DNA of 64,000 nt from the human T2T-CHM13v2.0 reference genome, Homo sapiens. The stretch lies in the NCBI RefSeq assembly GCF_009914755.1, contig NC_060932.1. One strand, written 5' to 3'. A model generated the notes under the pieces. The model saw only the letters and a list, made by a program, of their open reading frames with translations. It had not been told where the DNA came from and made no database searches. A program made the translations under genes and the position numbers. Of this stretch, positions 12,641 to 25,824 are shown piece after piece. Within the stretch, counting starts at the first letter, position 1. Each line of letters starts with the position of its first letter.

Positions 12641-12689
12641 ACCTTCCACAGTTTCTTTGTGTGTGTTAAGAGCACCTAAAATGTGTTCA

Positions 12690-14130
12690 ACAACACAGCG
12701 GGATAGGAGGTCCTAGGCTTTACTACTTTATTAGTCCATTCTCACACTGCTATAAAGAACTACCTGAGACTGGGTCACTTATAAGGAAAAGAGATTTAAT
12801 TGGCTCACAGTTCTGCAGGCTATACAGGCTTCTGCTTCCGGGGAGGCCTCAGGACACTTACGATTGTGGCGGAAGGTAAAGAGGAAGCGGGGACATCGTC
12901 ACATGGCTGACAGGAAAGAGAGAGTGCAAAGGGGGAGGTGCTACACATCTTCAAACAACCAGATCTAGTGAGAACTCAATCATGAGAACAGCAAGGGGGA
13001 AGTCGACACCCATGATTCAATCACTTCCCACCAGGCCCCTCCTCCAACACTGGGGATTACAATTAAACATGGGATTTGGGTGGGGACACAGAGGTAAACC
13101 ATGTCAACTACCCTCCACAGAAAGTTCAACTAGCAACTAACCACAGACAAGAACACGTTAGTGAAAATCCCAAAGTATGGGAATAGGCTTGAGACACCTA
13201 TGTAGATGACAAAACCTGAGTAAAGGTAGCATTGAAACCACCTAACCCCTCCCCACGCCCTAAGTCAGCATAACGCTACACAGAGATGATTCCGCAGGGC
13301 CCTTGGTTTCTGTAGTGGAAACAGAGAACTGCAGATGGACATCAGCTTCCCTCACATTCTGAGACATTTCCCAGGAAGCCCACTTTGGGCTCAGCTCATG
13401 GGGAATTCAGGGGGTAATGGCATGGCTATTCCACCTGAGGTAAAGTAGAAACAAAGCAAGGAGGCAGACCCTGCAGCAACCAAAATGCGGATATTGGTGG
13501 TAGCTCTATCACCCTGTCAGCCATGGTGCCAAGTCAGAGGCATCAGCAAACAGCACAGCTCACCTGCAAAGTCAAACTGAGCTCTCTCACCCAGAAGTGG
13601 GGGTAAGTCCTACCTCGCTTGCCTCAGACCCTACCCAAATCCACATCCAGGGAAAGAGACACTCACCACTGTGCATTTTGACAAAACGCAGAGGATAGTT
13701 TTGCCACACTCAGAAGTATAAACAGTATTCAATATGGCCTCAAAGCCCACCCTAAACCTCCCCACTCAGGGAGGCAGATGATCACCATAGCACATCTCAG
13801 CACAGAGCAGAGGCTAATTCTATGACACCTGGAAGTTTAAAAAGCACTCAACTCAGCCTCAAAGCCTACGACAAGGCCCTACCTAGGCAGAGAGAACTCC
13901 AACTCTGCATTTTTACTAAGCTTAAGAGGCAATCTCATCCATCCCAAGCAGCCACTTGTCTTAACCTCAGGGCGACTACTGTGATCCTGTTCAACTGTGG
14001 AACCCAAACAACGTTACCCCCTGGCCAGGGACTACATCCTGTTGCGCACCCTGGTCAGAAGCAATTGCAGTGTCCATCTGTCAGCTCTGCCTGATTGCAG
14101 AGCCCAGCCAGCTACCCCACCTGAACTTAC
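12690..14130 (+). mobile_element. Old L1 5' UTR fragment interrupted by an MST LTR
   Basis: GC-richer L1M/L1MA-type 5' UTR sequence continuous across the MST TSD. Confidence 0.55.
12727..13106 (-). mobile_element. MSTA (MaLR) solo LTR
   Basis: TATTAGTCCATTCTCACACTGCTATAAAG...GGGGACACAGAGGTAAACCATGTCA; exact 5-bp TSD ACTAC. Confidence 0.92.
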
Positions 14131-14414
14131 ATACCTTTCTATCTTTGTTATCCATGGCTTTCTTCCAACCACTCACCACGCCAGTCAGCCTGGTTCCTTT
14201 GCTCTACCACTACTTTTTCTGCTCTGTTTTCTTCCTAAGCACTGCTACATGCACCTGCCACAGCTCCCACCTTTCCCGCATGGAACATCAAGTCCTTCAA
14301 GGCTCTCTCATTGCAACTCTTATTTGAAATACCGCCCATGAAATCATGCTTGGTTGACTCAGGCCTCAAAGATTGTTGGCAGCTGTGAGGTGCCAGAGCC
14401 CTCACTTAGCACAT

Positions 14415-14566
14415 GTCTTTGCAACTTAAAGTGTGGCCAGCTGGAGCAGGCACATCAGCATCACCTGGGAGCTCGTTAGTAAATCAATCTGAATTGTTAG
14501 TCAATCAAGCTGAATTCTAACAAAATACAGGTGATTTATACACACATCTGCATTTGGGAGGCACTG
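14415..14566. mobile_element. MER5A hAT MITE
   Basis: AAAGTGTGG...CATCAGCATCACCTGGGAGCTCGTTAG...TTTGGGAGGCACTG. Confidence 0.75.
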
Positions 14567-14949
14567 ATCAGTGCCCCCTTGCTTTTTTGATTATCTTTTC
14601 CAGGGAGGTGCTGTTTTAACTGAACTAGCTATGACACTGCATGTCTGAACAACCCACCATGATTCTCTGCACTTGGGAGGGTTTGATATAATTTTTACTG
14701 ATACTAACAAGGAAGTCTCATAAACACTAGTGAAACTGACATCTTCCTAATGACTTTATTCTGACTTTGTTCTTGTCATCCCTCTGTCAGTGGACAAAGG
14801 AATATGCCACATGTTCCAGATTTCTGACATCAAGAGCATAATGAACAGCCTCTTCCTTCCAAGATCTAAGCCATTCAATCATATTTTGTTCAACCTAAAC
14901 AACCAACAGATAACACAACCTCATAGCTTGATAAAATAAATATGGGATA

Positions 14950-15367
14950 GAGTCTGCAGTAATTTTCTAAGAATCCCCAAACAATGTACCACATGCTGAG
15001 TGGCTTAAACCACAGAAACTTATTTTCTCACAGTTTTGGAGGCTAGAAGTCAGATTAAAGTGCTGTCATCTGTGCCATGCCTCTCCCTACCTTCTGGTGA
15101 CGTGGTGGCAATCTTTGCCATTCCTGGACTTGTAGAAGCATCACTCTGATCTCTGCCTTCATCTTTACATGACGTTCTCCCTGCGGGCATGTCTATCTCC
15201 AAATTTCCCCTTTTTATAATATTGGATCAGGGTCTACCTAATGACTTTGTTTTAACTTAATTACCTCTGTAAAGATTTTGTTTTCAAGTAAAGTCACATT
15301 CTGAAGTGTTGGGGATTAGGACTTCAACATATGAATGGGGCAAGAGAGCATGCTTTAACCCATAACA
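14950..15367 (-). mobile_element. MLT1B/C (MaLR) LTR
   Basis: GTGGCTTAAACCACAGAAACTTATT...GGAGGCTAGAAGTC...GGACTTCAACATATG...CCCATAACA. Confidence 0.85.
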
Positions 15368-15391
15368 GAGTCTAAAACCTTTCTGAATGTA

Positions 15392-15394
<3 letters not shown>

Positions 15395-15426
<32 letters not shown>
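15395..15426. repeat. (TG)16 microsatellite
   Basis: Direct reading. Confidence 0.97.
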
Positions 15427-15427
<1 letters not shown>

Positions 15428-16147
15428 TATCTCATGTGTGTTATATCTCTCAGGGTTTTTAGGAAGCTGGTGTAGAACAGAGACCAGTTGGTTTAAAATA
15501 CTGGTTAGACAATACTGGGCAAAGCTAAGAACTGATCCTAAAGACTTGAAGCAGCGAGAAATCTCAACACCTCTAGCCACATTAGCCTAAAAATATCCTT
15601 GGTAGAAGTTGACCACTGTCAAGAGCTTTGGCTTCTTTCACCTGTAGGGAAGCTCAACCCTGTTCTTTCTGGACACTACCACCAGTTTTAATGGCCTGTC
15701 GTTTACTTTAACTGGACTGCATGTTTGCAGCAGCGTAGATTGCCAGGGGTGAACTGGGAAGTTCATAGTAAGATTCCAGATGCCCGAAGCCTCAATAGCT
15801 GCTCACTGTTATTATCTTCCCCCAAGTGTTACACGAACAGTGGCCTCAGTCATAGAATAAGGATGGAGGGTGAGGAAGCCAGACTTTTTCATGCTGTCTT
15901 GATTGAATATACATTGAGTACTGATATGCCCACATTTAACTGGCACTACATTTGAGATGATATCTAGCTAATGGCCAGTTATCACATAGAAAAAGACTGA
16001 GGAGAGGCTTATAATTAAGAGGGACATGGGCAAAATCCCAAAAGACCTTATGCATCTTATTTTTATATGATAGAAAAGTAGATTGAACCCTATCAAATAT
16101 GTCCTACCAAAAATAATCTTGTAAGCATGCTTTAGGAAGTATGGTGA

Positions 16148-16560
<413 letters not shown>

Positions 16561-17264
16561 TATTTCATTACTTGAAAGGTAGAGTTTCTCCCCTCCAGTT
16601 TAGGATTTTTTTTTTTTATTGTCATTATTATTTGGTAAAGATGTTGTGAGACAGTTTGCAGCCTTTCAAGTCACAGAAACAACTGTTCAGGATATTTTGT
16701 TGCATTTGGTATTGGCTAAGCTTCTTTTATTATGAAATTCCTTTTTCATCCTTAAAAAGAAAAGGACCTTAGGTCTCTTTCCCATCTGCTTCTATGAAAG
16801 GAGGCAGAGTTTTAATGAGCACGTTGGCTGACTGCAGCTCAAGTGGAAGAAATTAAATGTTCCACGTTTCATTTGCTTTTGCAAGAGCGAAACTTACATA
16901 GCAACCTGTGTTCAGTGCTGTGCTCCAGGATTCCACAGAAAAGAATAGAATTACAGCAACCATTTACTGCTTCGGAGAGTCAGAGGCACTCATAATCCAG
17001 ATAAGACAAGATGACTGGACCCGCTGCTGGCCAATCTTGGGCTGCCACATTCCACAAGAAAATGCAGTCCAACAAGATTTGTAAAATCAAATAAGGAGAA
17101 TTTGGGATTTATAAAGCACTGGCGTGTGAGTCAAGTTTCCTAGAATAATTCCCAAATGAAACTCTGTGGTTTAATTTCCTTCAAGAGTTAACAGGGAGAG
17201 TGTTGCCTCCTAAATATCCCCTTGCAGATTAACTGCTTTTGGCATCATTCACACTGATCATGCC

Positions 17265-17778
<514 letters not shown>

Positions 17779-19184
17779 GCCAGGGTCTCTCCTCTCACTC
17801 TCCAAGTCCTAGGAGGAGATTTGGTACCAAATCACTTAAGCAAGGCTAAAGAAAGAGGACACTGCTGCTGTCAACCCTGGACCCAGGGCACACTAGCATC
17901 ACTGCTACTACTTCCCTTGGAAGAAGGATGTCACTCTTAAAATCCCAACCAGTAGCAGAGAGGGGTGGCTGGCTTCATTGTCCATGCTTCTTTGCCTAGC
18001 CACCCCAGGCAGGGATAACTGACAACTTGACCCTAGATCACATGGCATAGACCTGGGAAAATAAATGCTTAAGGTCTTCAGCATCCTGGAGCAAGAGGGA
18101 GATTCATATAGTAAAGAACTGTCTAAACATAGGTAAAGAGTTGTCAGAGTTTTAAAAATAACAACAAGAGGATAGAGAGCCTGAAATGAGAGGTTAGCCA
18201 CACATGCTACAACCTTTGCAGCAGAAAATAAAGCCTGAGAGTTGGAGCTCTGAATCCAGAGAGTCCTTCTTGGTGAATGCCGAGGGCTGGTTAGAAAATC
18301 CTTCCAAAGAGGCTCACAGAACTCTTCCTTGCTGATCTGCCTTCAAAAAGCCACTACTTAAGTCCTCTTTTCTCTCATGATTAAGTCCAAATCACTGATG
18401 CTTTACATGTGTTGGTGGCCTTCTGTCTCCAGCCCTTTAACTTTTCATTCTAGGAGGAGTTTTAGGCTTCCTAGGTTATCTTATCTTTCTCCCCTGGGTT
18501 CTTTCTTCACTTTCTGTGATTCTTGTATAATTGAATATGGCCATGCTAATTTTACAAGTCAACAGGAGCTCAGAAATGGTGCATAAAAATGAAGGTCATG
18601 TAGCTAACGATGTCACAGGTGAAGGTAGGAGTGAGTCCTATATGTTTTAGACTTCTATAAGCCCAGGGAGAAAACTCTCTTTTCTAGGCCTTTGACATCC
18701 TCAGTCATTTTTATACACCATCCCCACCTATCTGTATTTTGCACGCCCCATTATGCTTAGCTGGACTGATGACAGTCTTCCTAGAAGCTGTAACCCTTTC
18801 CACATCGATTGCACTCTTTCTGTGTCATTTCTCCCAGGTAGAGTCAAGTTGGACTTGCTCCCTAATAATTTCTATTCAGTGTTTCGTTCTAGGCATTTAC
18901 CAACTTGATATCACTTAATCTTATAAAGGAAAAAATCAAGATTCAGAGAAACAAGGTAAATTATCTAAGGCTACATATTTAAATAAATGATAGAACAAAA
19001 ATCCAACCTGGGTCTAACGTCTGTGGTTTTCTGCTCCATCACACGGCTTCCTACACTATATTGGAATGAAAATATAATGGTGGAATATCTAATGACAGAT
19101 AAAGATGAAAATGTTATAGACGAAGAGATCCCTAAAACGATGCCATGATGGTGGTGATCTAGTTTGCATCTAGGTAATACAGCC

Positions 19185-19186
<2 letters not shown>

Positions 19187-19231
<45 letters not shown>
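19187..19231. repeat. (CA)~22 microsatellite
   Basis: Direct reading. Confidence 0.97.
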
Positions 19232-19232
<1 letters not shown>

Positions 19233-19548
19233 CTCCTTTTTTGTCCCTCCAAGTCTTGGTGATTCCTCTACCTTTTCAACTGCAATAGGAATTCGGTATT
19301 ACTGTTTATTAGGAGCTAGGATAGGCAGTTACATATATTATCTCTAATTTTTACAATAACCCTACAAGTTATCTTATCCCTACTTAAGAGAATTAAGCTG
19401 AACCACATGGAAATTGGCAGAGCTCCCAACTTACCTGGTCTGACTCCCACAGTCGGCTTCCTCCACTCCTTGAGGCCATATTGTTTCACTCAGATAATTC
19501 ATTGACATCACTTATGGAGGAAATGAAAAGTTGAAAAATAAATGTATT

Positions 19549-19845
19549 CGTCAGGTGCGGTGGCTCACACCTGTAATCCCAGTGCTCTGGGAGGCGAAGG
19601 CTGGTGAATCACTTGAGGCCAGGAGTTTGAGACCAGCCTAGTCAGCATGGTGAAACCCTGTCTCTACAAAAAATACAAAACTTGGCCGGGCATGGTGGTG
19701 TATGCCTGTAATCTCAGCTACTCGGGAGGCTGAGGCACGAGAATTGCTTGAACCCAGGAGACAGTCAGCAGAGATGGTGCCACTGCACTCCAGCCAGGGC
19801 AATGAAGCGAGACTCTGTCTCAAAAATAAGTAAGAAAATCAATAA
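19549..19845 (+). mobile_element. AluS with small internal deletion
   Basis: Both arms; TSD AATAAATGTATT. Confidence 0.95.
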
Positions 19846-20064
19846 ATAAATGTATTGTCTACCCCGTTTGGTGCACCTGCATTGTAAATGCTTGTTGCAC
19901 TGTCACACTGTTTCTAACTCCCTCACATTGCATTGTATAGTGTCTAACGCTTAAGAAATGGTGGAGTTGGTGATGATAATTATAAACCAAGTTTAAAGAT
20001 AGAAATTGTCATAGCATTATTTTAGGAATGATGATCCACTGGTTGTTCAGAGGACTAGTTAATA

Positions 20065-20336
20065 TATTAACTAGTAATATATGTATATGTATGTGCATAC
20101 ATAATATATACACATGTGTATATATAGCATATACACATACATATATGTATATATAATATATACGTTATACAAATATAAAAGTTAATATAAATATATGTAT
20201 ATGTGTACATAATATATACATGTATATATAATATATACACATATATATGTATATATAATACATACAAGTGTATATAATATATGCACATACGTATATACAC
20301 ATATTATATATACACATACGTATATCATTATTGAGA

Positions 20337-20379
<43 letters not shown>

Positions 20380-20380
20380 A
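20065..20380. repeat. TA/TG/CA-rich compound low-complexity repeat containing (TA)~14
   Basis: About 300 bp of mostly alternating purine-pyrimidine sequence; pure (TA)n at ~20342-20369. Confidence 0.95.
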
Positions 20381-21693
20381 AGTTCGGGAAGAACAGAAAT
20401 CTGTTAGTGTACTGAATTTCATACAAATATTCATATATATTCTTCATTTTACTTGCTTTTTAAAGGAAAATTGCTTTTCAATATGTACAAAGTAGAAACT
20501 TGGTCCTAATTGGGCAATCCAATTGAATCAGAACTGAAAGTTCCCGTTCAGAATAGTCAGTGCCTCCTGTTTGATCTGGAGTAGAACACTCAATGAGTGC
20601 TCACTCACCGAGAAGGTTGGTTTGTGAGGAATTTTTCTTGTTTTCTTTGGCAGGCTGTTAAATGTGATGGTTTTCATTTGCTCAGCCTTTCAAAAAAAAA
20701 TCTTTACCTCTTACGATTTTTGACCAATGTATAATGTTGCCAATTTACTGGATTTTTTGCTTACCATAACTTACTTCTCAGAAATTTATGTTGAAATTCC
20801 TGTCAATGGCTAAGAAGCCAGCTGTTGAAGAAAAGACAGAGATTCCTATACAAGCTGCTAACCAGTACTGAGCACATTTCTCAGAGGCTTTCTGCAACGA
20901 TTTAGCAGTCGGGGGAACTCATGGCTAAGTTACTCAGTGTTTCAAACTCTTGGTAACCCTTCTAAGGCTGATGCCAAAGCTTATGCAGAGAGGAGAATAT
21001 GATGTTGTAGTTGCTGTGACTGCCTATGATGAAGAAAGGCCTTAATGGGCACTGAAGCCACTTCTTGAAATACACTTTTAAAACATTCTTTATAAATCAT
21101 GAAAGGTAATATCAAGACTATTTATCAGCACTCTCAGTGTCCACTTATTTAAATTTCCCCGAAGTCTTAGAAGGGAATAAAGATGTGGGTTGCTCTACAA
21201 TAATTCATGCTTTTGAGTACATTGTTCTACAAAAGTGTATACTTTTCTCTCAAGTCATTTGTGAGCAACTCAAGGTCAAGGGCGGCATCACTTTCCTGGG
21301 TGTCTCCACTAATACAGCAGAGAGTCCCTGGGAAAACTTGACTACATAAAGAGAGCATGAAGGCAGGCTGGGACCAAGTACACTCTGTGATACAGTAAAA
21401 CAGAAGGTTTTGGCAAGGGAAATGCCTGCCTCTCCACAGGAACAAAACCAGTGGTGCACAGCAGATATTTGGATTTTCTGAGACAGACCTGAGTAAGAAA
21501 TGTCTGTGTAGCATAAAGACACATTTAACAGCTTTCCAAAACATCTGGGTTTTTGCCATGCAGAGTATCTGTGAAGTCTGGGGTACATGGCTTTAACTTC
21601 CCAAACCCTCAGATTTGCCTTGTGGTATCCAAATCACATAATACTAACCTGCCTCATCAGGAAGCTGGGAGGCAGAGCTCAGGAAGGACTTTG

Positions 21694-21988
21694 GGCCAGG
21701 CACAGTGGTTCACACCTATAATCCCGGCTCTTTGGGAGGCCAAGGAAGGAGGATCACTTGAGCCCAGAAGTTGGAGACTACTCTGGGCAACATAGTGAGA
21801 CCCCCATCTCTATAAAAGTAAAAAATAAAAAAAAATGAGCCAGGTATGGTGGGCGCCTGTAGTCCCAGGTACTCAGGAAGCTGAGGCAAGAGGGTTGCTT
21901 GAGCCCCGGAGTTTGAGGTTACAGGGAGCTATGATCATGCCACTGCACTTTAGCCCGAGTGACAGAGCAAGACCCTATCTCTGAAAAA
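21694..21988 (+). mobile_element. AluJ, full length
   Basis: J-type GGAGGATCACTTGAGCCC; degenerate TSD AGGAAGGACTTTG/AGAAAGGACTGTG. Confidence 0.93.
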
Positions 21989-22937
21989 GAAAGGACTGTG
22001 AAGGTATAAATTCCAAATTCTTGACAGAGCCATGGAAAATTTATCACATTGAAATTGTGAATTGATTTACTGTCTTATTTTGGGCTAGTGATGGAATTAA
22101 GATCTCCCAGGAACAGCATGATGAATTGGCTCAGAGCAAGAAACTTGTGCACAGTTCCTCTGAGAACTTGGCCAGGGAAGTGATTATTTTTGCTTTATTT
22201 TTTCATTGTGCCCTGGTCCACAGAATCCATTCTCCTTCTTGGTGTTTGAGTGTCATCAAACAGACAACACTGTAATGTCTTAATAGCTACGGGATGGCTT
22301 CTCTCCTTTATTATTCATTACATGGGATCTGGTCAACCCTTGGGAATACAGAGAAATTGGCAAAGCTGTCTTTACAGTGTGGAGCCTTCCTATTTTCTTC
22401 CTTTGGTGAGGACAATATTAACTCATAAAGGAATCCAGGTTGCTCAGACATACTTGCCTTAGAAAACTTAGTACCAAGAAAGGACCTAGTACATTAATCT
22501 TACAGTAATTTTCACAGAGGGGCAAGTAAGCAGCTAGTGGAGATGAAAAAGTGTTTGCTTGGGTCAGGAGGCCTATGTCTAAACCAACTGTGCACTTGCA
22601 AGCTGGGTCATTTGGGATACAGTTTTAAGCTTTGATCTGATTCAGTTCAGACGACACATTATCATGCAGAAGAAAATGCATCAAGATTTAACTTGAAATG
22701 ACCTCTGTAGGTTCTATGTATTGAACCTGGAAAGATGTGTTGTGCTATGTGAAAAAAAGCATGTTGCAGAATAACATGCATAGTGCTATTCATTCTGTGT
22801 AAAGAAAGAAGGAAGGAGGGAGGAAAGAGGCAAATCAGGGCAGAATGAAACTTCAATGTTCTATTTTGTTTTTTAAAACATCCTAATAATACAGAAGTGT
22901 ATAGATAGCATTATATTAGTTCTGTTTTCTAAATTAC

Positions 22938-23299
22938 TGTATTAGTCTGTTCCACATTGCTAATAAAGACATAACTGAGACTGGGTAATTTACAAAGAAA
23001 AAGAGCTTTAATGGACTCACAGTTCCACATGGCCAGCCATGTGGAACCTCACAATCATGGCAGAAGGTGAAGGAGGGGCAAAGGCACATCTTACATGGCA
23101 GCAGGCAAGAGAGCGTGTGTAGGGAAACTGCCCTTTGTAAAACTATCAGCTCTGGTGAAACTTATCACAAGAACAGGATGGGAAAAACCCACCCTCATGA
23201 TTCAATTACTTCCCACAGCATCCCCCCCATGACATGTGGAGATTATGGGAGCCACTATTCAAGATGAGATTTGGGTGGGGACACAGCCAAATCATACCA
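22938..23299 (-). mobile_element. THE1 (THE1B/C-like) solo LTR
   Basis: TGTATTAGTC...GATTTGGGTGGGGACACAGCCAAATCATACCA; exact TSD ATTAC. Confidence 0.93.
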
Positions 23300-23699
23300 A
23301 TTACCAAACAATGATAAACTATTTTTTCCAGTTATGGGTCCCACTTACACAGTGAATTGATCCATGATCAGTATCTGTTTGATCTGAATGCATTTTTACT
23401 TACATGGTCATCACAAATATAGCTGCAGAGACAACATTCCCAGACAAACTATGGTTCTAGTACCATGTTGTTCTGTGCAAGAGTCTAGGGCAGTTTCCTA
23501 ACTTAATTTCTTGAGTCTAGTATTCCAGGCATTCAATCCACTACACTCCATATCCATCTAGCCTCAACATTACCCTGTGGTTTCAGGGAAGCTGGTCTTT
23601 GTTTTGCGACACTGTCCTGCTTCAGGAATAACCCCTTCTCAGGAAGAATCTCCTGCCACCTCTTCCAATCACACCTTTTTTTTTCCCCACTTCCTCATA

Positions 23700-24260
23700 C
23701 ATTTATATTATTCTTAAACATTAATTATAAAGGTAAAATATATTTATTGAGAAAATCCAGAAAGTAAAGTCTAAAGAAGAAAATTAAAATAACCTGTCAC
23801 CACTTTCCGCTAACATTTTAGTGTATGACCATCTAATCATTTTTCCATTTCTCCCACACTTTTCATTAGCAAACTTTAGACTGTAAACTTTACAAACATT
23901 CTCTAACTTGATTTAAAAGTTAAGATAACTTGGGAATTTTCCCAAGTCATTTTGTTTTCTCCACAGTATGATTCCATGAATGTATCTTAATTTATTTAAC
24001 TGCCCTCTAAATCAGGATGTTTAATTTGTTGCAAGCATTTTATTGTGATAAAAAGTGCTACAGTAAATATCCTTGAAAAAGTCTCTAATTAGGTCATGAA
24101 ATTAAATTCTGAGAAACAAAATTACTAGATTATGAGAAAGAAATGTGTTCAAAGATTTTTCAACCACACTGACAAATGATTATCCAGAAATTTCGTAGAA
24201 TTCAATTTCCACCAGCAGCCAATACATGTTGTTGCTATACACTTTCATCAATGCTGCTCC
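23700..24260 (-). mobile_element. Ancient L1ME-type 3' fragment
   Basis: Degenerate ACAGTATGATTCCAT...AATTTATTTAAC...TTCCCACCAGCAG motifs. Confidence 0.55.
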
Positions 24261-25824
24261 AGCATTTCTTTTAGGACTGGGTCAAGGCTCATTGCCTCAT
24301 AAATGACTAAACTTTCGAGTCTGAATGCAATCATCTCCTGCTCTCTCACATCTTTCCACCATCCCCAGTGTTGATATAAATCCTAGAATATTGTTTGATT
24401 TATTTGTTCGATTGTCTTTCAAGTTACGTGATTCTCTGCAATCATCCCACAAGTCTTTTAAAGGAGAACATTTTCTTTTTTGCGGGGCAGGACATTTTCA
24501 ATGTCTTTTGTATACTACATAATTTTAGTTGATTCCATTTCCCTCTAAACTTTACCAATAGTTTATCACAGATTAGAGAATTATTCTCCCGGAGACTATA
24601 TCTCAGTGCATAATTGTTTTTCACTATCTGACAAAATGTCTAGCAAAATTCATCCGAAGACATAATTCACTATCACTGGATGTCACATGATGAGATAAAT
24701 CCAGGAGAAACTGTAGCCATCTTTCTGATTTATAGACCAGTTGTATGAATCATAAAATAGCTCCTCTTTGCACATAACCATATATAATTTTTGGTTGCAT
24801 CTAAAAGGTCATTTCACCTTCAGCGTATCTCTCAATCTCGATAGAGCTGAAACTGAACACAAGGAAAAGTGAAGAACTCCAAATTGATGTGTAACATTTT
24901 CCAAACAGAAAAAAACTTCATCTGAACCAACTGCCAAAAACTCTTTCTCCTCTTTCTTATTATCAAATTACTAACAGTCTTAAGCCAACCTTGTTTGTCG
25001 AATGTTGAGAAACATGTGACTTGTGCCTCAGTGTTCTTGGCTTGATAAGGATCTCCAGGAGCAACAACAAGAGAAAGCTACTGGTGAAGTTAGCCAGGAA
25101 ATACAGAGGTAGAATACAAACAAAGCCACCCAAGGACTGATTCAATTTACTGGTAGAAATGTTATATTATTTTTTTAAAAACCGAAAGTACAATAAAACC
25201 CAGTGGGAAACCATGGACTTGGCTGTTGAGATTATTAACGACAGCAGTTTGGGAACAAGCTGCTCTCAGCATGATTCTGACTTGAAATGTGACTGTGGCA
25301 CAGATTGCTATTGATGTACATGAGGGCGGATTTTCTACGATCTGTAGTCCTAGATCCCCTACTTCTAATTTTGAACAACCTGGAGCTTACCTCAGCTAGA
25401 ACTTGGTAGGATCTCTATCCACAACTATCTTGATTAGTCACCTTAAGTTACATAAAGCTAAACTAAAGCCCTCTTGCCACCAGAATTTTCAAGTAAAATT
25501 CTCTCTCTGGTAAATCTCAATTTTCACCAAATTATTAACTTCAATTTGACACTATTAATATGATGCCCCATTGATATGTTTAAAGAGTAGTCTACTCCCA
25601 CCTCTTTTTAAGAGACACAGCCTACGTCGTTCAAATTATAATGCCATTGGTTTGCTGGATATTGCCCCAAAATGTGATGCCAAGTTCTTTTTTCAACTGA
25701 AGATCTGGAGATCTCAACAGAGCACAGGCTCCAAGGATAGAGTGGGCTTCAAGCTGTTTTCTCTGAAAATCCTGGATTCAAACACAGACCCCCTCAAGGA
25801 ATACTGGTTAGACTCCTTAATTTT

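Noticed and set aside
13822-14341. Overlapping ORFs in a GC-richer segment
   Set aside because: Largely old L1 5' UTR sequence; no recognisable protein or exon structure.
20067-20495. Y/I/C-rich ORFs on both strands
   Set aside because: Artefacts of the TA/TG low-complexity repeat.
20588-20600. CACTCA-A-TGAGTG palindrome
   Set aside because: 6-bp arms are expected by chance in 64 kb.
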